Below the pieces are notes generated by a model. That model had not been told where the DNA came from. It saw only the letters and a list, made by a program, of their open reading frames with translations, and ran no database searches. From Oikopleura dioica (taxonomy: Eukaryota > Animalia > Chordata), in the NCBI GenBank assembly GCA_907165135.1, contig OU015567.1, positions 992,001 to 1,056,000 on the forward strand: a DNA stretch of 64,000 bases. Reading direction: 5' to 3'. Positions 1-13,200 of the stretch are shown piece by piece. The translations under genes and the position numbers were made by a program. Position 1 is the first letter of the stretch. Each line of letters opens with the position of its first letter.

Positions 1-2219
1 TCCTCCTTACCATCTTCTGCCAACGGTGACAAACAAAAAGCCAGCAAGAAGTTCCGCCGGGACTTCAAGCATTCCCGAAATTGCCAAGTTTACAAATGGA
101 TTGCCCCCAAGAGTAGTTGCCCCCATCGAAAGACCGTAGTAAACTCCAGAAAGCATAAACCACTGGTAGAAGAGATTGAGGGTCCTCATTCGGATTCGAG
201 GCGTCGCGAAAAAGTCAGAAAGCGACGATTCAACAACAGCTTCTTTTTCGGCGGATTGAGTCAGGCCGTATTTTTCAAGACCGCCAAATGTCTGAAAGAA
301 AATAAATTTTACGATTCATTGGTGGTAAATTTACTCTTCCGTTGATCTTCGCTATAATTTCTAGCGCCGCATTTGCCTCGGCAATTCTTCCTTGTGAGAT
401 GAGCCATCGTGCCGATTCTTGAAAAATCTTCGGGATGAAAAAGCCGATCGCAGCCGGAAGCGACATAATCACAGCCAACACTCGCCAGGTCGGAAACCAG
501 TAGGCCAAAAGCGCCATGATTGCCTGCCCAACGCCGAAGAGCGCTTGGGCCACCTGCAATGCCATAACACGGGTCTAAGGAGAAGTGTTAAGAATCGACA
601 GTGTCAGCAGGATCTGCAAAGTGATTAGCAATTTAAGCGCTTAGCGATTTCAAATTCCTTAACAGCGCGCTAGAAAACGAGTTTCTTTGATGGAGAAAAT
701 TTGTACCTTTGGTTCAAAAATTTCTGAAGTCATGACAAAAGCTGACGAAATCGCACCGATCGATCCAGCACCACTGAACATTCGCCCTTTGACAAATTTT
801 GAGTCATCTTGTCTTATTTTATTCTTACCAAGAAGAAGAAGATAGAAGCCAGTTTCGGATTTTGGGACAAATGCGCAGCTGACGAGGCCGAAAAAGGCAG
901 TGATAAGGGAGACCGTGACAGTTCGCATTCGGCCCGAATTGTCGGACATTTTGCCAAAGACGACGGCGCCGAAGAAGACTCCGATCATGACGAAGATTTG
1001 GATGATTTGGATCTACAAATCATATTGAATGAGAGAAATGAGCCTAAGGCCGATAACTATGGAATCTTTTCTACTAGGTGAAAGTTAATCTTCAGACTAT
1101 GAAGACTCTGAAGTTCAGAGTAGGAATCCCGAGCAAAAACGGGTTTTCAAAAACTTGAAAATATTTTATGGTATTTCATTCGCATTCTTAATTTACCTTC
1201 CATGCGTCTTCACAAACAAGACCGAAGTCGGTAACAATCGTTTTTTGGTAATAAGTCTGGTTGAAAGTCCATTTCGAGCAGGCGGTGTAACGGTGATAGT
1301 CAGAAATATTCGTTCTCGTGAATTCTAGCGTCGCAATTTTTATTAAATGTTAATTCGATTTAATTACCGGAAGAAGAAAGAGGTGTTTGGTAGTCGAAAA
1401 AATCTGGAATAAATGATTCGATAATCTGCGGCGAGCTCCACATTTTACTCTCCGAAACATATTCAGACGAGTCGTTCGAATTTGCGATGGTTTGGAACAT
1501 CTCGCAAACGGCTGATCTCAAGTTCAAATACAAAATCTAAATCGCCGCGCTTCATTCTTTTTGAACTCTTTCTTGGCTTCGTTTTCCATTTCTCCAATTG
1601 TCAGTGTACGAGTTGTAGTTCACCTGCCTGCATTCTTTCGCCGAAGTGGCGTTGTTGAAGACGAAGAGTCTTCGGAGAGCTTGAAAGCTGACGTCGTCGA
1701 GGTTTTTGTGCGCTTCGGCGGTCAAGGAATGATTGTTCAGGGCGCATTGCTATAATTGAAAAGAGAATTAATGTTGTTTTTTCAACGAATAATCGACAAA
1801 AAATAATCGCAATTATTAATGAATCATCATTTTTTGGGGAGATGTCCGGAACCAACAAAAAATTTCGACAAATTTTGCGTGGAAATTTTCAACCAATCAG
1901 AAGCCTAGATTCAGAAAACCGGCCAATCAGCAGCCGAGTAGCTGCCCACGCAAATTTTGTCGAAATGTTTTTGTCGGTTCCAGACACCATCCCCATTTTT
2001 AGGACTTACATAATCAGGAATGAACCCTTCCCAATCCTGATGGCTCTGCAAATCTTCGGAAAGCTGATTATACTCGCAAGTGTGCCCGGGAGCAGCCGCT
2101 AGAAGCGAGTTGCCGAGCAAATGCCAGCACATAGTCATGGGCAAACATGATAAAATTAAAAATCGCGTCTTTTGATAAGTCCCGATTCCGTCGATTTCTT
2201 CGAAAACATCGTCTTTTTT
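1..2219 (-). CDS. SLC22-family (OCT/OCTN/OAT-like) MFS organic ion transporter, multi-exon, 3' end outside the window
   Basis: Spliced minus-strand reading gives DDVFEEIDGIGTYQKTRFLILSCLP..GHTC, FGAVVFGKMSDNSGRMRT, SEIFEPK|TRVMAL, WFPTWRVL..ESARWLISQGR and WFMLSGVYYGLS..LEVPA..GRRW, all typical SLC22 motifs. GT-AG introns include a 43-nt one at 292-334. The start codon is not resolved. Confidence 0.9.
1836..1993. mobile_element. GGG-terminal ~157-bp MITE (family G, Merlin-like by ends and TSD), in an SLC22 intron
   Basis: TIRs GGGGAGATGTC / GACACCATCCC. Flanks CATTTTTT / CATTTTTA give a 7/8 match to an 8-bp TSD. Homologous to copies at 13291, 23720, 24269, 25167, 45173 and 61082. Confidence 0.85.
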
Positions 2220-2500
2220 CTCGGATCAAAAAGATTTTCCTCCTTGATTTTTCGAACATTCTCTACTTGACAATTTATGATCCAACTTGGCAAAATTGAA
2301 GGTCATTTTTTGAGATGTGTCACATCTGGTGGGATTGGAAACAAAGTTGTGCCGTGCTACTGGATGCGAGGGGGATTGGCACCTTTCTTTTTTGATGCGT
2401 TTCATTTTTAGACAAAATTCTCGAAACTCTGATTGAATAAAACAATGATTGAGAAATTTATTGATCTGAAAGTAAAATTAGATTCATGCAATTATGATAA

Positions 2501-5500
2501 TTATAAGAGATCAGCAATAATTGATTGGATTTCGTCTTCGACATTGATTTGCTTCGCCCGAAGTTTTTTCTGCGCTTTTGTGAAGATCTTGTTCCACTCA
2601 CTTGATTTGCCAGCTTCGTATTTTTTCAACGCAGCTTAAAATTGATGAGAAGAGAATCAAGCATAGTTGGAAAAAACACCCGAAACTCGCGTGCGCGTGC
2701 GTGCGCGTGCGAATTTTTCTCGAAATCCACGTGCGCGTGCGTGCGCGTGCGCTTTAAAAAAGAGGAGTGCGCGTGCGTGCGTGCGCGCACGTGCGAACAC
2801 GCGTGCGTATTTTTCAAGGTATAATTTCGAGTTTTTTTGGCGAAAATTGAGGTTTTTCCAAGTAATTTTCTTATGAATAATGTTTTATAAACACTTTATA
2901 CCTACAATAGCTTATCAAGGGCTCTTCAAAAACACTAAAAACCCTTTCTCTTCGTTAAGATATTCGCAAAATTTTCGAGGAAGGAGAAAAAACCTCAAAA
3001 TTCCGAAGAAAAACCCTTTTTTTCCTATTCGCACGCGTGCGCGCACGTGCGCTCTTTTTATCTCCGGGTGCGCGTGCGTGCGCGTGCGCAAGTATTTGAA
3101 AATCTCGCGTGCGAGTGCGTGCGCGTGCGAAAACACGCACGTGTTTTTTCCAACTATGGAATCAAGAATGGTACTTTACCAAGTGCAAGAATCGTAAGAG
3201 CGAATTCAACTGACTGAATCTTCTGTTCAAGGTGCTCGAAAGCCTTGGTAAAATTCTTGTGATAAGCTTCCAAGCATTTCAAAATCTCTGTTTTTTCTGA
3301 AAACATGTTGGAAAAACTTAGTTTGTCAATTGTTTACTTGTGGCTTTCCAGAGTCCATTTCCTCGGGAATAATTAATCAACTCATCGGACCGGGAATCAG
3401 CATCCGGCTTCTCAGTGATTTCTGCAGCTTTGGACGGCGTTGCTCTTCTCCCCTTTTTCCTGGCCCCACCGATTCCACCAGCAGCAGGAGGACCACCCAT
3501 CATAAATGGTGGCGCTCTTCGCTCCCTTGCAGGCATCATTCCTCCAGCAGCGGGAGGAGGAGGGAAAGCAAACCCTCCGCCTGCTGCCATATACCCTGGC
3601 CCTACAAGAGATCTTAAGTCTTGAAAATACAGGCCTTCTTTGAAGCAATTGGTCTAGCTATCAAAGAGCCGCTTCGAGTAGCTAAGGGTTAGGGCAGTTC
3701 GTCAGAAAGGGTAATTTATGACCATATTACGCTTTTTCTAGTCAACATCTTCGCAAGAATTAATTAATAATAATAGCTACTTCACTAGCAAAAATAATCA
3801 GTGAATTCAGTTCAACTGAATCTTACTCTCGATTTTTCTTATTTTTTCTTTTTCTTCTCTAAGACAGGCTAGAGTTTAAAAGGATAAAAAAAAGAAACAA
3901 AATAAAGTCCTTTTCATACCGCGTGATACATTCATTCCACCATGATGGAGTCCTTGAATAGGAGTGACTGTGCTTCTAATAACTTTTCCTTCCTCGTTTT
4001 CAACAACGCCGACGAAAGCAGTGTAGTCGCACAAAGTTTTCCCCTACAGACAATTATAAAGATAAGAAGGAGTGAAAAAGAACAAACAAAAATTGAAAGT
4101 CTCGTTTGAACTTCCTGACGGTCGAATTCTTGTTGATATGAAGTTGAGTCTTCCAAAAAGTCGATCTCTTGCTTCGCCCAGAAGGATTTGAGCTTGATAT
4201 GCGCGTTGCTCCAGCGAGATCTTTACTCGGGATTTAAAACGGAAGATAATTTTTCATCGAGATATATTTTTGAATCCGTTCATTTCGCAATTAAGTTTGC
4301 AAAGCTGTCCATTTATCACAAAGCGGATTTGATCAATGTTGTCAAAAAGAGCTGAGTTAGGACCGGTCGATTTTAAACATAAATAAAATCTTTTGAAGCC
4401 ATAAATTGGCATGTTCAGTTCTTGAGGATTTTGAGAATAGCCAACGAGCTGAAGATTTGCTGGAAGTATAATTCGTTGAAGATGTATCGCTGGTCTTCGT
4501 TTCGGTACAAGAAAATATTCGCTAGGTCAACTATCAATGAAAAAATGCACCGTTCCTAGAAGCATTTTCCAAAATCTGCATTGTTTTCGCCTGAATTCGA
4601 TCTTTTCCCAAAACATAAACTGCAGAACCAAGTCCATTCTTGGCGATTCCTTCGCACAAGCTTTTCGATGCTCCGGACCCAATTCCAAGTGAGAAGAATC
4701 GAAGCTTGTTCTCGAATTTTATTGTGCTGTCTTTGACAATTTTGATGACATCGTTGGTGTTTGTGATGGCACCATCTGTCATGACGATGATGTTTCTGTA
4801 GACATCTGGCGGTTGCTCAAGACTAAACAGATGGAAGGGATAAACGTATGGAAGACTTACGTAAGAATGTCCATAAGAGGGCCATGAATGTCTGTTCCTC
4901 CGAGATTCGCCCTCATTTCTCTGTCGATCCATTGTTGAAGACCCTCTAATTGTTCGTCATCATCTTCATCTTTCACAATCCATCTCGGAGTCCGCATCAC
5001 ACGAGGTTGCCTAGATTGTCTTCGCTCGCGGTAGCTGTAGTAATAATCATCATCGTCTGAGTTATCTTCCCCTTCACCTTCTTGCCTAGGTTCGAAAACA
5101 TGTCTCGATCCAAATCGGCAAAAGATCACCTTTGAGCCGTGGTCGAGCGATCGGATCATCAACTGCAATGTCTTTCTTGTCGATTCCATGTAGTTACCAC
5201 TCATTGAGCCACTGCAATCAAGGAGGAAAATATACTCCATCGGCGCGTCGGAGTCATCATCGCTTTCCTCAAGACCAAGCTGTTCTCGTATATTTTTCTC
5301 GGAAATTTCAACACTGACAATAGCGTCTGCGTTATGAAAGTCCTCACAGCCTGTTTCGCTTTCATTTGGTCTCTCAATCGACTCAACTGTTATTTTCGGG
5401 TTAAAAATGCCTCTTGACTTGATTTGAATTTCAAGATCAGTTTTCGGTCTATCGGTTGTCGGAGCAATAATCGGCATATGCCGCATATCTTCCTTAATTA

Positions 5501-6433
5501 TCGGGCCATTTGGTCCTTCAATAATCCGATTTGCAGTTTGATTGGAATTGAGCTTCTCATAAAGTTTCCACTTTCTTCCTTCTGGAACTTCTGCACCCTT
5601 TTGATAGTCCATTTCCCAGGTTTCATCAGTTAGAAAAACTAAATTCAAAACATTAGTTTCGATCTAAATAGACTGCTACTAACTTTCGGCAATTCCAAAG
5701 CTTGAGTCGCTTGCTGTATTGGCGGATTCTCCATGTGGTTCAATAATTTCAATTTCGTCGATCCACGATGAAGTATTTGAATTACCAAGATCGACTTCCA
5801 TTGCATCTTCCTCTTCTTCACCAGCCCTGAATCTTTTCTTCCTATGCCTTGGAACAAAGAGAGCATGAACGCGATCACCATTACCATTGGCGTCGCCCTT
5901 CAGCGGCTCGGAATATTTAAAGTGCACATTAATTAACTTAGTAGCTTCTGGTTTATTGCCCATTTCGATAGTATACTCATCGCCGCGAAATGATGAGGTC
6001 AGGAGAGCGCCAGAATCACCAGTTTGTACTGCTTTATTGTACTCTTCCCGCGCTTCTTCTTTTTTCTTGAGTTTGGTTTCAATTTGTTGAAGCAGTTGAC
6101 GTCCATCTTCTTGTATGTCATAATACTTCGCACAAAAATAAGTCACTAAAAGGGTTCAAAAAACATGCAAATATAAAACTTACAGCTTTTATCATTTGAA
6201 AAAGGCAGAATAAATTTCTGCTGCTGGTCCATTCCATTCGGGTCTGGGTCAAAAGGTCCAGAAAAGGTAAGTCCAGGAATTTTTTCAAAGAAAATGTCCA
6301 AAAAAGTGTGCGCATTATCTTCAAATATTCTTATTTCTCTCTTCAACTTCGTTATCGCGAAATTTCCTCCTTTGATTCGCACTCCCGTACTTTCGTACGA
6401 GTAGTGCAAATCGACTGCCCCATCTTCAGGCAT
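2501..6433 (-). CDS. VWA5A: VIT + vWA domain protein (VWA5A-like), paralogue 1
   Basis: N-terminal VIT-like region, vWA MIDAS motif EYIFLLDCSGSMSG, ANLGGTDI, IIVMTDGAI, FFSLGIGSGAS..LCEGIA, LCDYTAFVGV and C-terminal ..EWNKIFTKAQKKL. Phase-consistent introns; stop TAA at 2501-2503. The symbol marks the closest vertebrate family; orthology is not shown. One internal splice (~4200-4260) is unresolved. Confidence 0.85.
2662..3158. mobile_element. hAT-type MITE with (GCGCGT/GCAC)n subterminal blocks, in the last intron of VWA paralogue 1
   Basis: Perfect 18-bp TIR CATAGTTGGAAAAAACAC (2662-2679 / 3141-3158). Perfect 8-bp TSD GAATCAAG (2654-2661, 3159-3166). Confidence 0.93.
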
Positions 6434-6904
6434 TTTTTAAGGGAAAAAACTTTTTAAAGCGTTATCTGACCAAACATTAGCCCCCGCGATCATTCATTTT
6501 CCCTTTTTTACTTCAAATATTTACGAGCTTGCCAGCTCAAGAGCGACTGACTGGAGAAAAAATGGAAGTTTTTATTTTCGTGCCCTTGAGACAATCGTAA
6601 TTTTCTCGTAATTTTTTCGACGAAGATTCTCTCCCTTGGCTTATTTTCTTGCCGGCACGTGATTGGCTGAGCTTTTTATTCGCGGATCAATTTGAAACTA
6701 AATAAGAATGTTCCGCGCTGTTGAATCGACAAACAATTGTGCAAATCGAAGCCAGCAAGATTTTCAAGCCCACTCATTTTTGTGAGAATGTTGAGTATAT
6801 TTTTCTTGTCATCAATAAAGAATTTGAACTAATTGGAAATTCGTTCTTTTTTTACAGCAAAATTATCCGTGCGATCAAAAGAGTGAATCGAAAATGTCAC
6901 AGAT

Positions 6905-9900
6905 TCAAGAAAGATCGCCAATTATCGACTTGATTTCTTCATCGGCGTTGATTCCATGAGAAGAGAGCTTCGTTTTTGCCTTCTTTGAGATATGATACCA
7001 TTCCACCTGCTTGTCCGCTTCGTATTTTTCAAGAGCGGCTGTAAATCAGATTCGAAAAAGTCAACTAAATGAAGTTTTACCTAGCGCTAGAATTGTTAGG
7101 ACGAGCTGATCATTCTGAATCTTGAATCGAAGATGCTCAAAGATCTTTCCGAAGTTTTTATTGAATAACTCCAAGCATCTGATGATTTCAACGCCCTCTG
7201 AAAAAAATGAAATCAACGAAATTCGTTTCAAATGACTAGTACTCTTTGCATTCCAAAGTCCACTAGTGCGAGTGTAACTCATCAGCTGATCAAGACGCGC
7301 GGAGTCGTTCTTTTTCTTTTCAGCATCAGTACTACTGATTGTCGCAGATTTCATCGTCCTTGAACTTTTTCTCCTGGCACCGCCGATTCCACCCGCGGCT
7401 GGAGGACCACCCATTGACATTGGAGATCTGCCATTTCTTATTCCTGCTGGCATCATTCCTCCAGCAGCTGGTGGAGGAGGGAAGGCGAGTCCTCCAGCTC
7501 CTGCGAAAGCTGATCCACCGGTGGGCCGCCTTCCACCGGCTGCCATGTACGTCGGTGCTTTAAAATTGGTCAATTAATTGCATAGAACATTGGGCTGGTT
7601 ATACTGTTAGAAATTGTATTTCGTCCACTGTGAAGTCCTTGAAGTCCTTGAACCTGCGTCACTGGACCCATCGAGACGCCATCTCTGACGCCCACAAATG
7701 CGGTGTAATCACATAATACTCCGCCCTGAAAACATAAAATGAAGGAAAAAAGAAAATAATTTCTTACAAAGATAGATGCATCAATTTGCGCTTCTTGAAC
7801 ATCAATGTTACGAGGACGCTCGTCTTCGAGAAAATCAATTTCTTGTTTTGCCCAAAATGACTTGAGAGAAATATTTTGATTCCTAAACGGAGCACTTTTT
7901 TGGGACTCTTATCTTTCAATCATAATTTTTTACGATAAAAAATTGATAGAAAAGATTAAAAATATTATTCAAGAATCCGTTCATATTGTAATTGAGCCTA
8001 ATTGTTTGTCCATTTATCATGAATCGAAGCTGGTTTCTTGGATCAAGCAAAAGAGCCGAAACAGAAAGGATTTGATGATGAGTTGATTTAAGCTTCAGAA
8101 AAATTCTCTTGGAGCCGAATATTGGCATGTTCAGATTATTTTCAGCAGGGGAGAATCCGACTCGTTGAAGTCCATCTGGAAGGATGATGTTATTAAGGAA
8201 GACAGAAGGTCTTTAGATGATGCATATTGATGTCAACTTAACTAAGTAAGCAAGGATACTGTTGTTAAAGCATCATTCCTCGAAGCATTGTTCAAAATCT
8301 CCATCGTTCTCGTCTGAATTCGCTCATCTCCGAGAACATAAGTCGCCGATCCCCTGCCATTCTTTGCGATACCCTCACATAAACTCTTCGAAGCACCGGA
8401 TCCAATTCCAAGTGAGAAAAATCGAAGTCGACCTTCATGCTGAATAGTTGTCTCATTCACCATTTGAATGACTTCGCGAGTATTGGTGATGGCTCCATCT
8501 GTCATGACAAAAATATTTCTGTAGGTGTCGGGAGACATTTCGAGCCTTATAAAGTATAGATAATAAATTTAAAAATGAAATTACTTGAAAATATCTTGAA
8601 GCGGCTCTCGAATATTTGTTCCACCCATATTCGCTCTCATATCTCTCTCAAGATAATTTTGAAGAAGTTCTTCTTGGTCATCGTTATCCTCGTCGATTGT
8701 TATCCACTCAGGTCTCCGCATCTCAGGCACAGGTCGTCGCTGACGATCATTTCTATCGTAATTATAATGATAACGAGGGTCTAGCGGTTCATTTGTTCCG
8801 CCTCTTTGTCGAGGCTGAAATTCATATCTTGTCCCGAACCGACAAATAATGATCTTTGATTTATTATCCATTGATTTGAACATCAATCCCAATGTCTTTT
8901 TCGTAGCATCCATGTAACTACCACTCATTGATCCGCTGCAATCAACGAGGAAAATGTACTCCATAGCAGGTTTTTCTGGGTTTGACTCGAATCCATTATT
9001 GCTATCATATTCGATGTCGCAATTGCCATGGATTTCCATTGGCTCCGCAAGCTGGCTAAGTTGCTTTCGAATATTTTCTTCTGAAAGATCAATGCTCAAA
9101 ATAGCTTCATCTTCGTTAAATGCTTCTGGTCTACTCCCCGTTGACTCGATTGTCATCACTGGATCAGAATAAGGATTAACGAAGAAACTGATTTCGAGGT
9201 CGTTCTTTTCGTCATTGATTCGTTCATCAAGCGTCAATAATCGGGGCATATCATGATGCTCAACCCCATTAATAATACGCGTTACAAGATGATTTCCTGG
9301 ATCGATTTCGTAAACGAGCCATTTTCTTCCGTCAACATGATATGCCGGGCCATTTAATCTGTCAACTTCCCAATGCCGATTGTCAACCTCAACTAATATA
9401 ATCATTAAATATGTCGCGAAAAAAACTCCAAAAGAACTTACTTTTCACAATAGCTGATTCGGGTCCCCCAGAATTGGAAAAATCTCCACGGCACTCTATA
9501 ATCTCGATTTCATCATGCCAATTACTTCTCTGATTTGGGCCGTCCAGTGAGATATTTATCAATGGATCGTCTTTTTCTGTTGGCAGAAAACGGCTTTTCC
9601 TGTGCCTTGGAACATGAAGAGTAAATGAGTGTTCTTTTCCGTAAATCCACTTCGACTTCATTGGCTCAGAATATTTCAAATGCACATTAATGTACATTGT
9701 ATCATTGGGTTTGTGTCCCATCTCGATAGTGTATTCATCACCACGACAAAGCTCATCCCTGGTTGCAATAACACCATAGTTTTCTTGAGCAAATGCTTTC
9801 TTATACTCATCTCTAGCTTCTGATTTTTTCTTTAGCTGTGTGTCAATGTTTGCAAGCTCAGCGCCATTACTTGCGAAATATTGAGCACGGAAAAAAGTCA

Positions 9901-10207
9901 CTAAAAACATTTTTGAAAAAATAGTTGGTTTTCGTTGCCAAAAAGATTGAGAAGAAAACTCACAGCTTTTTTCATCAGAAAACGGAAAGACAAATTTCTG
10001 TTGCTGATCTTCCCCATTCGGATCTGGCCCGAACACATTATCCGGAACCTTTTCGAATATGATGTCCAAAAAAGTGTGTGCATTCTCTCCAAAAAGTCGA
10101 ATTTCTCTTTTCAGTTTTCGTATCTCAAACCTTCCGCCCAGAATTCGCACTCCTGTATTCGCGAATTCATAGTGTAAGTTGACCGCGCCGTCAGCGCGGT
10201 AGGCCAT
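6905..10207 (-). CDS. VWA5A: VIT + vWA domain protein (VWA5A-like), paralogue 2
   Basis: Same domain order and the same intron positions and phases as paralogue 1: EYIFLVDCSGSMSG, ANMGGTNI, FVMTDGAI, GIGSGAS, LCDYTAFVGV. Stop TGA at 6905-6907. Orthology is not shown. Confidence 0.85.
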
Positions 10208-10558
10208 TTTAACTTTTCACTATTATCTCGATTTACGCTGCTCAGAATGAAAAAGAGCGCGTTTCGTTTTCCCTTTTACGATTAGTCACTATTTACCAAG
10301 CTAATAAATCGGGCATATGAACACATGAAGCCATAGTCAACATAATTCTCTTTCGAAGTTTCATTCAGTAAGAACTGAATTTGAAAAAAGTTCAAAGACG
10401 AATAATCCCTTTCGGCAAGATCAGCCATTTCAAGTCATGAAATCGATTTTTTTGTGATTATGTTTCACAGATGCATAGAAAAAAGCTAGAAAATGACAGT
10501 TTCTTAAAATTCGTTTAAATTAAAGAGTAAACTCAGGATGAATAAGAGCGCTGAAAAC

Positions 10559-10990
10559 TTACTTTCTCGGACGACAGAAAAGTCTTCCTCGATCTTGAGA
10601 GTTCGGGAGAGAAATTTTCGCTCTGTGAGAATCAAACTTGTGTAGTAAAATGCGACGCAGTAGAAAGAAGCTTTTTCTTGGTCTCAAAGACTGTTTTACC
10701 TTCTTGAAATCTTGAGAAAAAACCGTTCTTTTAACCAAACAAGCAATAAGCTTATACCATTCCATTCCTTTTTCCTTGTCAAGATCGCTTGAGCCGACAA
10801 TATCGTCAAGCACCATTCGGCTGAAATTCTTGATCTCTTCGAAAACTGAGATTTTATGAAGCTGTTCATCGGTTTCATCGCCAATTTCATTTTCAATAAA
10901 TTCTTCCTTGTTTTCTCCTTTTGAAAATTCTTTTCTCTGGCGAAGCTCATTATCTTCGTTGACGGTGTTTGAATCAAGAATTTCAAGAAA
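10559..10990 (-). CDS. Hypothetical acidic protein exon (unknown gene or decayed gene)
   Basis: Open protein-like frame EILDSNTVNEDNELRQRKEFSKGENKEEFIENEIGDETDEQLHKISVFEEIKNFSRMVLDD..WYKLIACLVKR. No recognisable domain and no complete model. Confidence 0.35.
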   Translation of the reverse strand, partial: FLEILDSNTVNEDNELRQRKEFSKGENKEEFIENEIGDETDEQLHKISVFEEIKNFSRMVLDDIVGSSDLDKEKGMEWYKLIACLVKRTVFSQDFKKVKQSLRPRKSFFLLRRILLHKFDSHRAKISLPNSQDRGRLFCRPRK

Positions 10991-11981
10991 GAATCAAACA
11001 TTGTCGACGCTTCTTTTCTAGAGAAAAAATAAGGAATCTGGGCTCAACAATCGCTGCTGACCGACAATTTTACGGACTGATTTAATGAAAAGAAGATCTT
11101 TACTACGATTACGAGTATGAGATGGTGTTTGACTCGAAGTTCGAGAAAGTCGAGTTGATAAAGGCGAAAGTTTTTGACAATCAGAAGAGATTATTGAAGA
11201 AGGAAATTTTGAAAATTCTGGCAGCTCTGGGTCGTGACAATACAAAGGTTTATGTCCTTTTCAAAACTTTTTGAATATAATGAACAGAAATACCATAATT
11301 ATTGATCCTATGATTTCGCTTCGTTCTCTTTTGAGCATTTTTTGTTGATATTATTTTAAATTCAAAAAGTATTGTTTCACCTCAGACGATTAAGATCGAT
11401 GTAAATTTCTTTATCAGAATTGCTCAAAAGCATATCTAAGCTACCAGCAGCCGAATTACTAAAGGAAAAAAACGAGCAAATCCGCTAGCTAGATTACGAA
11501 ACCTCCGTCAATTCGACCCTTGTCAAGCTGAAATCAATGCTGGGATTTTGTCAGGTAACATAACGACGTGAAAATAGCTGCCCAAGTTATGTTTGGTCAG
11601 AGACTGGTTTCTAAGTTGAGAAAATTGTAGAGCTGAATCTCGCCTTTCCCAGGCGAAATCGAATCCATCACGCGCACACGTGTCATCTGCGATATACAAG
11701 ACGAGCTCTATCATCAAAATTTACAGAGCGCGAAAGAAATCGACGTCTTTTTGGTCGTCTTGTTTGGGAAATGTGCTTTTCATCATCAAAGAAAGTTGAC
11801 GATATGAGAAACTCAGACAAGCAGAGTTTAACCTCAACGGGAAAAACATACCAAAACACCGGTTGTTCCGATCCCTCCTCCGAGACATACGGTTTTTGGA
11901 ATTTTTGATGCTCAAATTTAACATTTGTTGAAACATTTCTTTAGTCAGAAAATAAACTGATTTCTTGCTCTTTTTCATCAA

Positions 11982-12311
11982 CCCCCGTCAGCTTTTTCTG
12001 TCGAAAAATAGAAATTTTTTAAGACACCATATTTTTGGTTTTTAATTCGTCCTCAGGTTAGGCATGCTTCAAAAACTTAGTAAGAGGAATTTTTGACCAA
12101 GAATAATCCAAATTTTTGCCAAAACTAGGGCAAATTCGTCGCTTTTTCTCGAAAAGTCCAATTCTCAAATGCAATTTTGGGGGTAAAGGAGTCGAGATAG
12201 ACCCCAAAGAACGAGGCCTCAAAATCGTTTTTGACCCGTACAATCCATTTCCGGGGTCAAAATTTTATAATTCCGAAATCTTATTTTTCGAAAAAAGCTG
12301 ACAGGGGGCCC
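11982..12311. mobile_element. Kolobok-like MITE family K1, copy 1
   Basis: Ends CCCCCGTCAGCTTTTT / AAAAAGCTGACAGGGGGCCC|TTAA. The internal sequence (GACCCGTA..AATCCATTTCCGGGGTCAAAA) is shared with 45065-45569 and 53495-53815. Confidence 0.75.
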
Positions 12312-13200
12312 TTAAGTTATTGACATAATAATTTTGATCTCAAAAATCACGTGAGAAAAAATGTCACTTGCGAAAAAGTAAGAAAAAAACTGGACTAACT
12401 GGAGTACAGAATATGCTGCTGCGCCCATCTGCTGTTGGTGCCAATTAAGAGGTTTTAATCTTTCGAGCTTCGGATTTATTTCCCACAAATTATTTCCTTC
12501 TCCTCGACGGCACGCACATTAGCAGGATCTTTTTCATAACGTACGTGCAGGAAACTAAAAAAAGCTCTCCAATCGTCATCATCATTAATAACGAGAAAAA
12601 CTGTAATTGAGCGAAAAAAATACGAGCATTTAGAAAAGCAATAAAACTGGGGTTAAATTGCATCAGTCGCGCGCAGAAGCTTTTTGGTCTAATTAACTCC
12701 CCCGTCATTCGGATTTACGACTCTCTAAGATTGCTCTTCATCATCTTCTGAGAAAGTTCGTTTCCGTATTTTTTCTTCGCCCGCGTTTTATTTTAGGCTT
12801 ATCTTCTTTTTACGGTATTGCGGGAATCAAATTGAATTAAGAATTGTAAATCCGGTGCAAAATTGCAGCGCGTTTATTTTATGCACAGAAAATTTCTTTT
12901 CTCTCTTTTTTAAATTGCCCTCCTTGGCAAAAACAGGAGGCGATTATAGATTGTCTGGAATTCAATTCGTGGTTTTCTGTTCCGCCGTTTCTGAATAAGG
13001 GACAGCTCAGCCGGGAGAGACACCTAATAATGATTTTGAAACTAGAGCTTCTTAAGCGGCCACAGCTGTGACTCCTCAACCTCGTGAATCATTATCTGTG
13101 GTTGTACTAAATCCAAGTTCAGCCTTTTTCAAAATGACTCCAAAAAAGGGGGGAGGCAAAGATGATAGCTGATTTTTGTGGATTATTATTTTTGTTGTCA

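Noticed and set aside
2626-3197. Seven overlapping His-Ala / Arg-Ala / Cys-Ala ORFs
   Set aside because: Artefacts of (GCGCGT)n blocks inside an intronic MITE.
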